From positions 62,001-126,000 of the forward strand of contig JAQGDQ010000468.1 in NCBI GenBank assembly GCA_030141605.1: a stretch of 64,000 bases of DNA, given 5' to 3'. The stretch comes from Tubiluchus corallicola. Its lineage: Eukaryota; Animalia; Priapulida. Below the pieces are notes generated by a model. The model was given only the letters and a program-made list of their open reading frames with translations. It did no database searches and was not told the DNA's origin. Of this stretch, positions 9,396-19,525 are shown piece by piece (within the stretch, counting starts at the first letter, position 1; each line of letters begins with the position of its first letter). Made by a program: the position numbers and the translations under genes.

Positions 9396-11951
9396 ATGAG
9401 TAGAGAGCAAGAAATTAATAAGGATAAAAAGGGCAGAGTTGCAAAAAAAAGCAGCTTTGTGAAGCTTGGAGTGGGATGTATTACAGCTCTCTCTCTATTG
9501 CTATTACAAAGCTCAAGTGTTTGTGCTACACAAAACAACTCATCTGGTCCTTTGGAAGGGGTAGTTCTTGACTCTAAAAGCCAGGAACCCATGCCTTATG
9601 TAAGTGTATGGGTTAAGGGAAGTATTATTGGAACTATGACCAATGAAGAAGGAAAATTCAGCTTAGATACAGAATTAGATGATAATAGCATCATTGCATT
9701 CAGCTTTATGGGCTATGAGAGTATAGAGCTGAGCTACGCTACTATATTAGAAAATGACTCCTTCCTGACAATATATATGTCAGAAAAGGGTATTGTCTTA
9801 GACAGTGTAAGTGTCAAACCAAATAACTCCTACGCACGCTCCATAATGAAAAAAATTATTCAAAATAAAAAGTACAATGACCCGGATAATTTTCATGATG
9901 TTGACTATAAAAAATACGATAGAAAATCACTTTTCCTAACAGACCTTAAAAAATCCATTACAGATAAAAAAATGTTCAAAGCCAGTGCTGATGCCTTTAT
10001 TACTCAGTCCGACTCAACTGTTGCCATGCCGATATTTCAGTCGGAACGCCACACTCATTACTTCAAAAATGAGGCTGGGAAAGTCCAGGAAGAGACGCTT
10101 GAATCCAAAGACGAAAGTATTGCGCCCCATGTTCAGGCCACCATTAACACCATTGTTTCACAAAAAATAACTACAGACTTTAACTTCTACAACAACCAAA
10201 TTGAAGTTATGTCCAGAGGCTTCCCAAGCCCTATTTCTCGTAACTATCAACTGTTCTACAATACATATCTGTCGGATAGTATCACCGTAGATGGTATTAG
10301 ACAGTACAAATTTGAATTCTACCCTCGAAACAAGCACAGCATAGCCTTTAAAGGGTATTTCTGGATAGACAGCAAAACATATTCACTAACAGATATTTAC
10401 GCCAATCTGCCTTCAGCTTCAGACGTAAACTTTGTAAACGGTCTCGAAACACATATCAGCTATCAACCTATAACAAGAGGCAGATGGTATTATAAATCAA
10501 GAAAAACCAAATCAAACCTGTCAGTATCCAAAATGGAGAACAGAAAAAGAATGCAATGGAACATAATAGCGCAAAATGTATCTCACTACTACGACATTGA
10601 AACTTACAACAATATAGACTCCCTGGCAGTAACACAAACACTAAGCTACCCTTTAAGCAACACTGCATTCGAATACGACTCATTGGAAATAAGGGCCTAT
10701 AAAGGTATAAGTGAACTTAAAGAGAATAACACAATTAAAGTTATAAGTCGCTTCTCAGATATGACGCTCAGTGGGTATTATAACCTGAATAAATTTGACC
10801 TCGGCTCCTATATGGACATCTACCGCAACAACTTTATTGAAGGACACAGATTTACACTTCCCCTTAGAACAAGCGAAAAGATGTTTGAAAATTTTACAAT
10901 AGGGGGATATGTCGGCTACGGACTCAAAAGTGAGGAAATAAAATATGGGGGCAACATAAAGTACATGTTTCCCAACACTGAAAGATGCATTATAACTTTA
11001 AAATACGACGATGAATATTACTCCATAACAGAAGATAAATTTATTGAATTTATTCGGGAAAACCCTTATGAATCAGGAAGTGGCAACATAGTATCGGTTT
11101 TCACAACCTATGAGCCAAACCCCTATATGCTTAATCAGTACAAAATTAGCTTAGGCATCGAAAAACAGCTAAATAAAGATATAGGAATGACTGTAAAACC
11201 TTTCTTTAACCGCTACCTTGACAATGACTCTGTTCAATTTATCAGAAACGGTGAAAAGATCAACTCATTTGACAACTATGGTATATTAACAAACTTCAGG
11301 TTTTCATTCAACCAACCATACGATGACGGGTTCTTTTCCAGAACATACTACGGTAATGAAAAACCGGTTATCCAGGCATCCTCTATATTTGGCACAGCTT
11401 CATTCCACACCGGCTCAGAAACAGTTAACAAGCGATACCTTAACCTAAATATTTCAATGAAAAAAAGATTTAACCTCGGAATTCCCTTTATGAGAACGAT
11501 GTTCAATATCGGCTACATTGCGGGTAATGTACCATACCCTCTGCTATTTACCTCCAGGGGAAATTCGGATTACGGAGTTGCACGATTTCACTACAACCTC
11601 TTATATAACACCTCATTCGTATCTGACCTCTACACCAATGCTCACTTAAGCTTAAACGGAGGGGGTATTCTTCTAAGCAAAATTCCAAAAATCAGAAGCC
11701 TACACCTGAGAGAAATCATCTCATTTAAATCTTTTTGGGGACAATTAACAGGAAACCATGAATCGGTATTTGACATGCCAGACTTTTTAAGGCCCCCAAC
11801 TGCTGTACCATATATGGAGGTCGGAGCAGGGCTTACAAACATCTTTAAAGTTGTCCGTGTGGAATATATAATCCGAATTAACCAGGGCACATTCTATGAC
11901 CAGTTTTCATCAAAAAATGGTGTCCGACTAAGAATAGAAGTTAGCTTCTAA
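9396..11951 (+). CDS. DUF5686 family outer-membrane protein with N-terminal carboxypeptidase-regulatory-like domain
   Basis: GVVLD..EPMPYVSV..GTMTNEEGKF; FKGYFWID; PYMEVGAGLTNIFKVVRVE; C-terminal Phe. Confidence 0.85.
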   Translation: MSREQEINKDKKGRVAKKSSFVKLGVGCITALSLLLLQSSSVCATQNNSSGPLEGVVLDSKSQEPMPYVSVWVKGSIIGTMTNEEGKFSLDTELDDNSIIAFSFMGYESIELSYATILENDSFLTIYMSEKGIVLDSVSVKPNNSYARSIMKKIIQNKKYNDPDNFHDVDYKKYDRKSLFLTDLKKSITDKKMFKASADAFITQSDSTVAMPIFQSERHTHYFKNEAGKVQEETLESKDESIAPHVQATINTIVSQKITTDFNFYNNQIEVMSRGFPSPISRNYQLFYNTYLSDSITVDGIRQYKFEFYPRNKHSIAFKGYFWIDSKTYSLTDIYANLPSASDVNFVNGLETHISYQPITRGRWYYKSRKTKSNLSVSKMENRKRMQWNIIAQNVSHYYDIETYNNIDSLAVTQTLSYPLSNTAFEYDSLEIRAYKGISELKENNTIKVISRFSDMTLSGYYNLNKFDLGSYMDIYRNNFIEGHRFTLPLRTSEKMFENFTIGGYVGYGLKSEEIKYGGNIKYMFPNTERCIITLKYDDEYYSITEDKFIEFIRENPYESGSGNIVSVFTTYEPNPYMLNQYKISLGIEKQLNKDIGMTVKPFFNRYLDNDSVQFIRNGEKINSFDNYGILTNFRFSFNQPYDDGFFSRTYYGNEKPVIQASSIFGTASFHTGSETVNKRYLNLNISMKKRFNLGIPFMRTMFNIGYIAGNVPYPLLFTSRGNSDYGVARFHYNLLYNTSFVSDLYTNAHLSLNGGGILLSKIPKIRSLHLREIISFKSFWGQLTGNHESVFDMPDFLRPPTAVPYMEVGAGLTNIFKVVRVEYIIRINQGTFYDQFSSKNGVRLRIEVSF

Positions 11952-11968
11952 ACATAACAAACTTACTA

Positions 11969-13723
11969 ATGAAAACACTTAATAATTACATACGCATAGC
12001 TATGCACATACTAATTGTGCTACTCATATTTCAGAGTTGTCGTATACTTTTTGTGATTGCCAACAAACTATTTTACTCTGAAATTGGAATATGGGAAATG
12101 TTGTACCTAATGGCTGCCGGATTAAAATTTGACGCTATCGCGGTTTTTCTGATTAATATTCCTTACATAATACTCATGCTGCTTCCATTAACAGGGAAAG
12201 TAAATAAAATTATAAAACGGGTAGCAAAAATCTTTTTTATTGTGACTAACCTTAGCGCTATCGTATTGGGGGGAATAGACATACTCTACTTCCCCTACAC
12301 AATGGAGCGCTTAACTATCGGCTTCTTCTATTACCTGCTGACATCACATGCTAATATGGGCATACTACTATGGCGTTTTATTACCCAATACTGGTACGCT
12401 TTCGCAAGCCTAATACCCCTGACTTATATTGTCGCACAAGAGTATGATCGGATAGAAAAATTTGAACTGCCTGCGGCTGTAAAATATATGCCGTCAAGAG
12501 TAACAGTAATAATAGCCATAGCACTGGTAGGACTTATAAGCACTGCCGGAATTATGAGAAAATGGCACCCTTCACAAAACACAGGGGGAGAACATAACCG
12601 GAACTATACCTACACACCACTTAAGGCAGCTGTCATTACTAACACCCCATACTACATGCTGCTCTCTGTTTTAGGCACAAACAAAGCAGCCATACCTCCC
12701 GAACTGCACACTAAAGAATACAAACCAAAAGAGAACACCGGCTTTGACAAAAAAAATGTAGTGATATTCATTATAGAAAGCTTTACAAGAGAAGCAATGG
12801 GGGCATTAAACCCGAAACTAGACAATGGGACATACAAAGGCTATAGCCCTTTCCTTGACTCACTAATGCTTCAAAGTCACTACTTCACAAACGCATATGC
12901 TAACGGAAGGAGAAGCATTGATGCAGTACCTGCTATACTGGCTTCTACTCCTGCAATACTTAAAACTCCTATAAACTCTCCTATGACCTCCATTGCCACT
13001 TTATTGAAAAAAGAGGGATACACCTCTCAGTTTTTCTATGGCGCTCGCAATGGATCTATGCAGTTTGATAAATTTTGCGAAAAATCAGGATTCGATGAAT
13101 ACTTCGGGTTCAATGAATTTAATAACCCTCTGGAATTTGACGGAACATGGTCGTTATGGGATGAATACCTTCTCCAACGTATGGCAGAAAGGCAAAACAT
13201 AACACAAGAACCGTTTCTGTCGGCAGTGTTCACATCATCTTCACACAACCCCTATGTCCTGCCAGAAAAGTACAAAGGGAAGATAAAAGAGGGGATCGCT
13301 CCTATTTGCAAATGTATTGAATATGCCGACATCTCCATTCGGGAGTACTTTAACACAGCTTCAAAAATGCCATGGTTCAAAAATACAATCTTTGTCTTCA
13401 CAGGGGATCACGCCGCTATTCCCTGGCACAAAGAATACACTACCCACGACAAAGCATTTGCTGTTCCTTTATTTATATACACTCCATCCGAAAATGCAGG
13501 TATGAAGAACGACAGAATTGCTCAACACATTGATATCCTGCCAACACTGCTTATGAAGATGAACTATCCCCACCCCTTTCTATCCGCCGGAAATGACCTG
13601 TTCGACAACAACTCAGAAGAGTGGGCAATCACTGGAATACAGGGAATTACACAGATTGTAAAAAAAGGAAGGAAAGTGGAGTGGATAAAACCAAATGGGG
13701 AAGCTGTAAACCCAGCAAATTAA
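11969..13723 (+). CDS. LTA synthase family (alkaline-phosphatase/sulfatase superfamily) membrane protein
   Basis: N-terminal TM helices; NVVIFIIESF, ANGRRSID, SSHNPY, TGDH. Confidence 0.88.
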   Translation: MKTLNNYIRIAMHILIVLLIFQSCRILFVIANKLFYSEIGIWEMLYLMAAGLKFDAIAVFLINIPYIILMLLPLTGKVNKIIKRVAKIFFIVTNLSAIVLGGIDILYFPYTMERLTIGFFYYLLTSHANMGILLWRFITQYWYAFASLIPLTYIVAQEYDRIEKFELPAAVKYMPSRVTVIIAIALVGLISTAGIMRKWHPSQNTGGEHNRNYTYTPLKAAVITNTPYYMLLSVLGTNKAAIPPELHTKEYKPKENTGFDKKNVVIFIIESFTREAMGALNPKLDNGTYKGYSPFLDSLMLQSHYFTNAYANGRRSIDAVPAILASTPAILKTPINSPMTSIATLLKKEGYTSQFFYGARNGSMQFDKFCEKSGFDEYFGFNEFNNPLEFDGTWSLWDEYLLQRMAERQNITQEPFLSAVFTSSSHNPYVLPEKYKGKIKEGIAPICKCIEYADISIREYFNTASKMPWFKNTIFVFTGDHAAIPWHKEYTTHDKAFAVPLFIYTPSENAGMKNDRIAQHIDILPTLLMKMNYPHPFLSAGNDLFDNNSEEWAITGIQGITQIVKKGRKVEWIKPNGEAVNPAN

Positions 13724-13739
13724 AACAACCAAGCATAAT

Positions 13740-13868
13740 AAAATCTTTGCAAGGCGAAAAATCTGGTTCAAGTTGAGAAAAAACTTACTGATAAACCAAC
13801 CCCATCAATACAAGTAAGGACCTCTTTATCGAAAATATTATCAAAAGAATAGTCTTTAAATAGGTTTC
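13740..13868 (+). repeat. ~140-bp dispersed element copy (short internal deletion)
   Basis: aaatctttgcaaggcgaaaaatctggttcaagttgagaaaaaa...gaaaatattatcaaaagaatagtctttaaataggtttc. Confidence 0.85.
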
Positions 13869-14037
13869 ATTAAACACATAGATGAAAAACCACAATAGCC
13901 TGTTTATAAGTATATTAAAACAGAAAGCACACTCTGTTACACCCCGCTTATATAAAACGTATTAAAACAAAGCTACTGCTGAAAACAGTACAGAAAATTA
14001 AATATTACTATTAAATTGCACCCCAAATAAACAGCAC

Positions 14038-14177
14038 AAGACCTTTTACAGGACGAAATATTTTTACTTAGGTTGAGGAAAAAATGATGCTAAACCACTC
14101 CTTATCTACGCAAATGAGAGTTTTGAAGAGGACTTTGACAAAAACATTAATAAAAAGAAGAGTCTTACAAAAGCCTC
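14038..14177 (+). repeat. ~140-bp dispersed element copy
   Basis: aagaccttttacaggacg...aggttgaggaaaaaa...gcaaatgagagttttgaagaggactttgacaaaaacattaataaaaagaagagtcttacaaaagcctc. Confidence 0.9.
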
Positions 14178-14193
14178 AATACACTCTCTTAAT

Positions 14194-15315
14194 ATGTCTA
14201 TAGAAATAAGAAAAGTAGAATCAAAAAAAGAACTGAGAAAATTCGTAAAATTCTACATATCACTATATCAGTGGTGTAAATATGCCCCACTACCTCTGAA
14301 TATTCATGAAATAGCAACACTAACAAAGAAAAACCCAGCCAGCGAGCATTGTGAATCGGCGTGCTGGATGGCCTTTGAAGACGGATTCCCTGTTGGAAGA
14401 ATTGCTGCTATCATAAACAGACATGAATGCAAGAAACTTAACAAACTGATTGGACGCTTTGGGTGGTTTGACTTCGTAGACAACACTAAGGTATCAAAAG
14501 CCTTAATGGATACAGCAATAGAGTGGTTTAGAAAAAGAAACATTGAGATGATACATGGCCCTATGGGATTTACAGATATGGAGCGGCAGGGACTGCTTTT
14601 AGAAGGGTTTGGAGACCTGGGCACATTCGCGGCAAACTACAACCACTCGTACTACAAAAATCACTTTGAGCTGATGGAATTTGAAAAACTATCAGACTGG
14701 GTAGAATACGAGCTCGATGTAAAAAAAGTTCCCCTTGAACATTTTGAGGCATTAGCCAAGCGTGTTCGCGACACCTACGGCTTTCGCTCCCTGGAACTTA
14801 CCTCTCAAAAAGAACTAAAAAAGTACGTTTCTGAGGTCTTTAAACTGCTAAACATCTCCTACAGAGAGTTGTATGGAGTCATAGAACTGACAGACAAACA
14901 GATAAAGTATTACGCTGATATGTTTTTAGACCTTATGGACCCAACACTGATATGTATTGTGGTGGATAAAAACAATAAACTTGTAGGCTTTGGTATCACA
15001 ATGATGTCGCTAACAGAAGCATCTCAAAGGTCTAAGGGAAAACTTTTCCCCCTGGGATGGTATCACTTCAAAAAAGCATCCCAAAAAAATAAAATACTCG
15101 ACTTTTACCTAATTGCAGTTGCACCGGAACATAGAAATAAGGGGGTAAATGCCTTAATGATGGAAAAAATTTCCCGAAGAGCAATAGAACTTGGCGTTAG
15201 GTGGGCTGAGACAAACATAGAGCTAGAAGATAATAAAAACGTGCGCAGCATGTGGCGCTTTTTCGAAACAAGACAACATAAGCGAAGAAGAAGTTATATG
15301 AAAAAACTTAGATAG
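14194..15315 (+). CDS. YghO-like GNAT acyltransferase (bacterial ceramide synthase-like family)
   Basis: VGRIAAIIN, GRFGWFDF, GPMGFTD, GLLLEGF, YNHSYY, ELEDN, HKRRR. Confidence 0.75.
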   Translation: MSIEIRKVESKKELRKFVKFYISLYQWCKYAPLPLNIHEIATLTKKNPASEHCESACWMAFEDGFPVGRIAAIINRHECKKLNKLIGRFGWFDFVDNTKVSKALMDTAIEWFRKRNIEMIHGPMGFTDMERQGLLLEGFGDLGTFAANYNHSYYKNHFELMEFEKLSDWVEYELDVKKVPLEHFEALAKRVRDTYGFRSLELTSQKELKKYVSEVFKLLNISYRELYGVIELTDKQIKYYADMFLDLMDPTLICIVVDKNNKLVGFGITMMSLTEASQRSKGKLFPLGWYHFKKASQKNKILDFYLIAVAPEHRNKGVNALMMEKISRRAIELGVRWAETNIELEDNKNVRSMWRFFETRQHKRRRSYMKKLR

Positions 15316-15796
15316 TCCAAAGGAAATATCCTGTCGTGGAATCTCCTTACAGTAATGCTTTAAGGACGTAGCTGTTTGCTATCAATAAGCAAATGAAGCA
15401 TTCTTGCTACTTACCAAATGATAAAAGTACTGTGCAAGTCGATTTCAACAGCATCAGATAAAGGCTTCTTAATGTGCATTTCAGTAAGCTTTACTACGAA
15501 GACGTATACCTTTTTTACTATACCGTTTAACCTTTAAAACTTTCACAAAATTTAGGAGTACTCATAATAATACAGAACCAATATTTTGACGCAAAAATAT
15601 TATATTGCGTTTAAAACCAATAATGTATATGGAGGATTCCGTATAACGTAGTTGCGCGTTGTGCAAAGAGCAATTACAAACAATGTATAATAATAGCCAA
15701 AGCAGTATTAAAATCGAGGATTTAGCACGTTTCAAAACTGATCACGTTGAAATAACCTGACCTATTCTTAACCTTATTTGGATTAGTTGATTAAAT

Positions 15797-16384
15797 ATGA
15801 CTAAGATTTCATTTTCCTTATTGATATTTTTGACTTTAGCTGTCAAAGGGTACTCACAAAAATTGGAGCAATTATCAATTGCAGCAACAACCGAGGCAAT
15901 TGGACTGCCTTTCACCAACTACGCTCCTTATCATCCCGGAATTGAACTTAAAGGCAGTTTGAAAAAGATAGATAAACCGCAAAGCTATAGATGCTTAAAC
16001 ATTAACCTAGGGTTCTTTTATCATCAAAGAGTTGAAACAGCATTTTATTTAGGTGGAGAATACCTATACACATATAAACTACTTAAAAGAAAGATCGGTT
16101 TGGATGCTCCTATTGGGCTCGGTTACTTGCATACATTTTATCCTGGCGAGATTTATGAACAAACAGAGGATGGTGACTTTAAAAAGGTAACACAACTTGG
16201 AAGACCTCATGCCTATGTAAATTTAGGAGTTGGTATTAGCTATATTGGAAATAGTAAAATCCGACCTTTCATCAGACAAGAGTTGTTTGTTGAAACTCCC
16301 TTTGCCAATGGACTACCTGCAATTCCTCACTCTTTATTAAAAATTGGTATTCACATTAAACTTGAAAATAATGAATCAGAATAA
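15797..16384 (+). CDS. Hypothetical exported / beta-barrel-like protein
   Basis: Signal peptide, alternating amphipathic strands; codon usage differs from neighbours. Confidence 0.7.
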   Translation: MTKISFSLLIFLTLAVKGYSQKLEQLSIAATTEAIGLPFTNYAPYHPGIELKGSLKKIDKPQSYRCLNINLGFFYHQRVETAFYLGGEYLYTYKLLKRKIGLDAPIGLGYLHTFYPGEIYEQTEDGDFKKVTQLGRPHAYVNLGVGISYIGNSKIRPFIRQELFVETPFANGLPAIPHSLLKIGIHIKLENNESE

Positions 16385-17573
16385 AATAATTGGATTGATA
16401 TTTACACTTGGGATAATATCAACTATTTTATCCTGTGAGAAGAATGATGTTCTGCCATTAGATAACTATGACTGTAGTTTTACATTTCAGGATACAAGTT
16501 CAATTCACCCTAAAGCAGATGTGTACCAAAACATCCTTAAAATGCACAGGAAGAATGGTTTAGTTGGCACAGTTGTTCTGGTCAAGGATAAAGATGGACT
16601 GTGGATAGGCTCTGATGGGAAAGCTGATATTGCATCTGGTGTCGATGTGAAAGTGTGTAATACTTTTTTAATTGCTAGTATTAGCAAAGTATTCACCTCT
16701 GCTGCCGTTTACAGATATACTGATAAAGGAGCTTTGTCTTTAGATGACCCCATTAGTAAATGGCTTGACCAGAAAATAGTTAATAAAGTAAATAATGCCG
16801 ACAAGGCTCAAATAAAACACCTCTTATCTCATACCAGTGGAATAGCTGACTTTTACACGCTTCAATTTGAACTAGATAGAATAAATAAAATTTCAAATAA
16901 CTGGACAAAAGAAGATGTTTTAAAATATACCTATGGAATAAAACCGACCAATAACGTAGGAGAAACTTATTACTATTCAAATACCAATTTTCTTTTACTG
17001 GCAATAATTTTAGAACGTGTAAGCGGATTAAATTTTGAGCAAGTTTACCGACAAGAAGTCTTTAATCCGCTAGGATTAACTTCGGCATACTATAGCGAAG
17101 AGAACCCAATACCTAATGGTTGCGTTAAGGGGTATGTCGATATTTATGGTAATGGACAGTACGTAGATAGTGAGTTCTTATATGGCGATGAACTGGGAAT
17201 TGGCGGTGATGGCGGAATTGCAATTAACGCCTATGACTTGGCCGTTTTTTTTGAAGAATTGATGAAAGGCAATTTGATTTCCACTTCCTCACTGGCTGAA
17301 ATGACTAACTGGTTTGACTTACCTAAAGACTGGAGTTATGATGGTGAATTTGGACAAGCTGAAAATGGTTATGGTATCGAAAAGTTCAATACAAGTTTTA
17401 ACTATGCAGTTGGACATACTGGTGGAATAGATGGGTTTATTACAATGGCAACATATTTTCCAAACGAAGATATGACATATATAATATTAACAAATAGTGC
17501 TGGAAACAATGATGGAAACTTATCGATAAACAACATATCAGAAGAAATCGTTGAAATTATGTTTGAGAAATAA
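16371..17573 (+). CDS. Serine hydrolase, beta-lactamase/AmpC-like (peptidase S12) lipoprotein
   Basis: Start MNQNK at 16371, lipobox ILSC, IASISK (SxxK), YSNTNF (YxN), GHTGG. Confidence 0.88.
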   Translation: MNQNKIIGLIFTLGIISTILSCEKNDVLPLDNYDCSFTFQDTSSIHPKADVYQNILKMHRKNGLVGTVVLVKDKDGLWIGSDGKADIASGVDVKVCNTFLIASISKVFTSAAVYRYTDKGALSLDDPISKWLDQKIVNKVNNADKAQIKHLLSHTSGIADFYTLQFELDRINKISNNWTKEDVLKYTYGIKPTNNVGETYYYSNTNFLLLAIILERVSGLNFEQVYRQEVFNPLGLTSAYYSEENPIPNGCVKGYVDIYGNGQYVDSEFLYGDELGIGGDGGIAINAYDLAVFFEELMKGNLISTSSLAEMTNWFDLPKDWSYDGEFGQAENGYGIEKFNTSFNYAVGHTGGIDGFITMATYFPNEDMTYIILTNSAGNNDGNLSINNISEEIVEIMFEK

Positions 17574-17935
17574 CGCCATACAGCAATGTGTGAAACCGTT
17601 TCATAAAGCGTGTAGATAGCTGCTTCTTAAATTAAGTTCGACTTATTTTTAATAACATAAAGCCAAAAACTCAGCAAATTATAGTGACCTAAACTACAAG
17701 GACTATTGTAGCTTTCGCACAAAACCTTGCAGACTATAATAAGAAAATCGCCAAATCAAAATACACAAATAGTAAATTTTTATCTCAGTAAAAAACTCTT
17801 ACTGAATGACTAATTAACCAATGATATAGCTTGTCAATCATTACAAAAATTCATTATAGAAAAGACAATGCTTTTGTTAAACTTATGGATAAAACCTTAT
17901 CAAATACGTTCAAACAAAGAATTCTTCAAATCAGT

Positions 17936-17943
17936 TAAATTTG
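17936..17943 (+). promoter_or_regulatory. -7 promoter box TAAATTTG
   Basis: Matches TAnnTTTG about 20 bp upstream of the repeat copy preceding DUF4833. Confidence 0.55.
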
Positions 17944-17963
17944 CAGGCGGCTGCTTACAAAAA

Positions 17964-18080
17964 AAGGCCCTTACCAGACGAAAAATCTGGTTTAGACTGA
18001 AGAAGATTCTATAACAATCCACTTCTTATAAATGCAAATGAGGGTTTTGACAAAAAATATTAATACTTTACAAATATCTC
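17964..18080 (+). repeat. ~140-bp dispersed element copy (deleted, ~117 bp)
   Basis: aaggcccttaccagacgaaaaatctggttt...gcaaatgagggttttgacaaaaaatattaatactttacaaatatctc. Confidence 0.82.
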
Positions 18081-18135
18081 AATACAAGCACAACTGCTAT
18101 TATCAGATAAAATACAACAAAAAAAGTACAACTTA

Positions 18136-18675
18136 GTGATTGCAAAAAGAACAAAAACCATAAAGATACTGACCCTGCTAATGCTTTGTCTTACCCATAA
18201 GAGTATTGGACTTCCTAAAACGGATATAAATTCCGGAATACTTTTCTATATTCAACGAAACTTAAATAAAAACACTGTTATCTATGAAGCCAACTTCAAT
18301 GACGATGGCTATCTAAATTCCAAAAACCCAGTTAAAGCCTACTGGATAATGTATGAAGATGAGGGTAAGCGCCAACCTTTGAACTACATAGAAAAAAAAA
18401 TGGCTTATGGTGTAACATGCTCTCCTTTGGGCGTCAACACACCTCAGTACCATGTCTCCCTCGCGGCAAATAAAAAAATCAAATTTAGACTAATACAAAC
18501 AGCCCCTTTTAGCGCCCAAATCTTTACAACAATCAATGACAGGGAAGCACTCTTAACACGCCTCTTTGTAAATGCAAATAACTCCTCCGTCATACCAAAG
18601 ATAAACTACATATTAGTTGAGGGAAAAGATGTGAATACTCAGCAAACAGTAGTAGAAAAAATCATCTCGGAATAA
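18136..18675 (+). CDS. DUF4833 domain protein
   Basis: LFYIQRNLNKNTVIYEAN, PVKAYWI, LNYIEKKMAYG. Confidence 0.85.
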   Translation: MIAKRTKTIKILTLLMLCLTHKSIGLPKTDINSGILFYIQRNLNKNTVIYEANFNDDGYLNSKNPVKAYWIMYEDEGKRQPLNYIEKKMAYGVTCSPLGVNTPQYHVSLAANKKIKFRLIQTAPFSAQIFTTINDREALLTRLFVNANNSSVIPKINYILVEGKDVNTQQTVVEKIISE

Positions 18676-18693
18676 AACAGGCTAAATAAAAAT

Positions 18694-18828
18694 GAGGTAG
18701 TGGCAAATTTTAGCTCAGGTTGGGAAAAAAACCTTGATATAGGAACCGCACTCTGTCAATGTAAATGAAGATATTAAAGAGAATTTTAAAATATTATATA
18801 AATGAAAAGATACAACTATATCAGCCTT
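18694..18828 (+). repeat. ~140-bp dispersed element copy (degenerate)
   Basis: tagctcaggttgggaaaaaa...aaccgcactctgtcaatgtaaatgaagatattaaagagaattttaaaatatta. Confidence 0.7.
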
Positions 18829-18845
18829 AACAAACAAAAAACTAT

Positions 18846-19463
18846 ATGAAAAATTACATAAAGGAAGCGTGTGTAGAGAACCTTGCAGAAGCTGTAGAAG
18901 CTATTAAAAGAGGTGCCAACAGGATTGAACTGTGTGACAACCTGCATGTTGATGGCACTACCCCATCTTACGGAACAATAAAATATTGCTGCTCTACTCT
19001 GTCTGTCCCGACTATGGTACTTATCAGGCCCCGTAAAGGTGACTTTGTCTACTCAGCAACAGAGCTGGAGATTATGAAAGAAGATATTCATGTATGCAAA
19101 AAACTTGGAGCAGCAGGAGTTGTCTTTGGAATCTTAACAAAAAACAGAGAACTGGATGAAGATGCCACCAAAACACTTGTCAAGCTGGCAAGACCAATGC
19201 AGGTAACTTTTCATAAAGCTATTGACAAAGTAGATGACATATTGGGGGCAACTGTCAAGCTAAAAAACATGGGTGTAGAAAGGATTCTCTCCTCCGGAGG
19301 AGAAAAATCCGCATTAAAAGGATATACTACACTTAACCAAATGATTAAAGTCGGAGAAAACGAGATAAAAATAGTTGTTGCAGGAAAGGTTACAGCAGAA
19401 AATATCCGGGAGGTCTCCTCTCTCATACGCTCTACAGAATTTCACGGTAGCAGGATTGTTTAG
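18846..19463 (+). CDS. cutC: Copper homeostasis protein CutC
   Basis: GANRIELC, GTTPS, RPRKGDFVYS, TFHKAID, RILSSGG. Confidence 0.93.
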   Translation: MKNYIKEACVENLAEAVEAIKRGANRIELCDNLHVDGTTPSYGTIKYCCSTLSVPTMVLIRPRKGDFVYSATELEIMKEDIHVCKKLGAAGVVFGILTKNRELDEDATKTLVKLARPMQVTFHKAIDKVDDILGATVKLKNMGVERILSSGGEKSALKGYTTLNQMIKVGENEIKIVVAGKVTAENIREVSSLIRSTEFHGSRIV

Positions 19464-19525
19464 CTAACAGATTAAAATCTGTCTATATTTGTACACTCCA
19501 TCTCAAATCTGTAAACATAAAGACA

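Noticed and set aside
17711-17850. Possible further reverse copy (tttatctcagtaaa core)
   Set aside because: Only short patches match; needs an HMM test and would weaken the orientation bias if real
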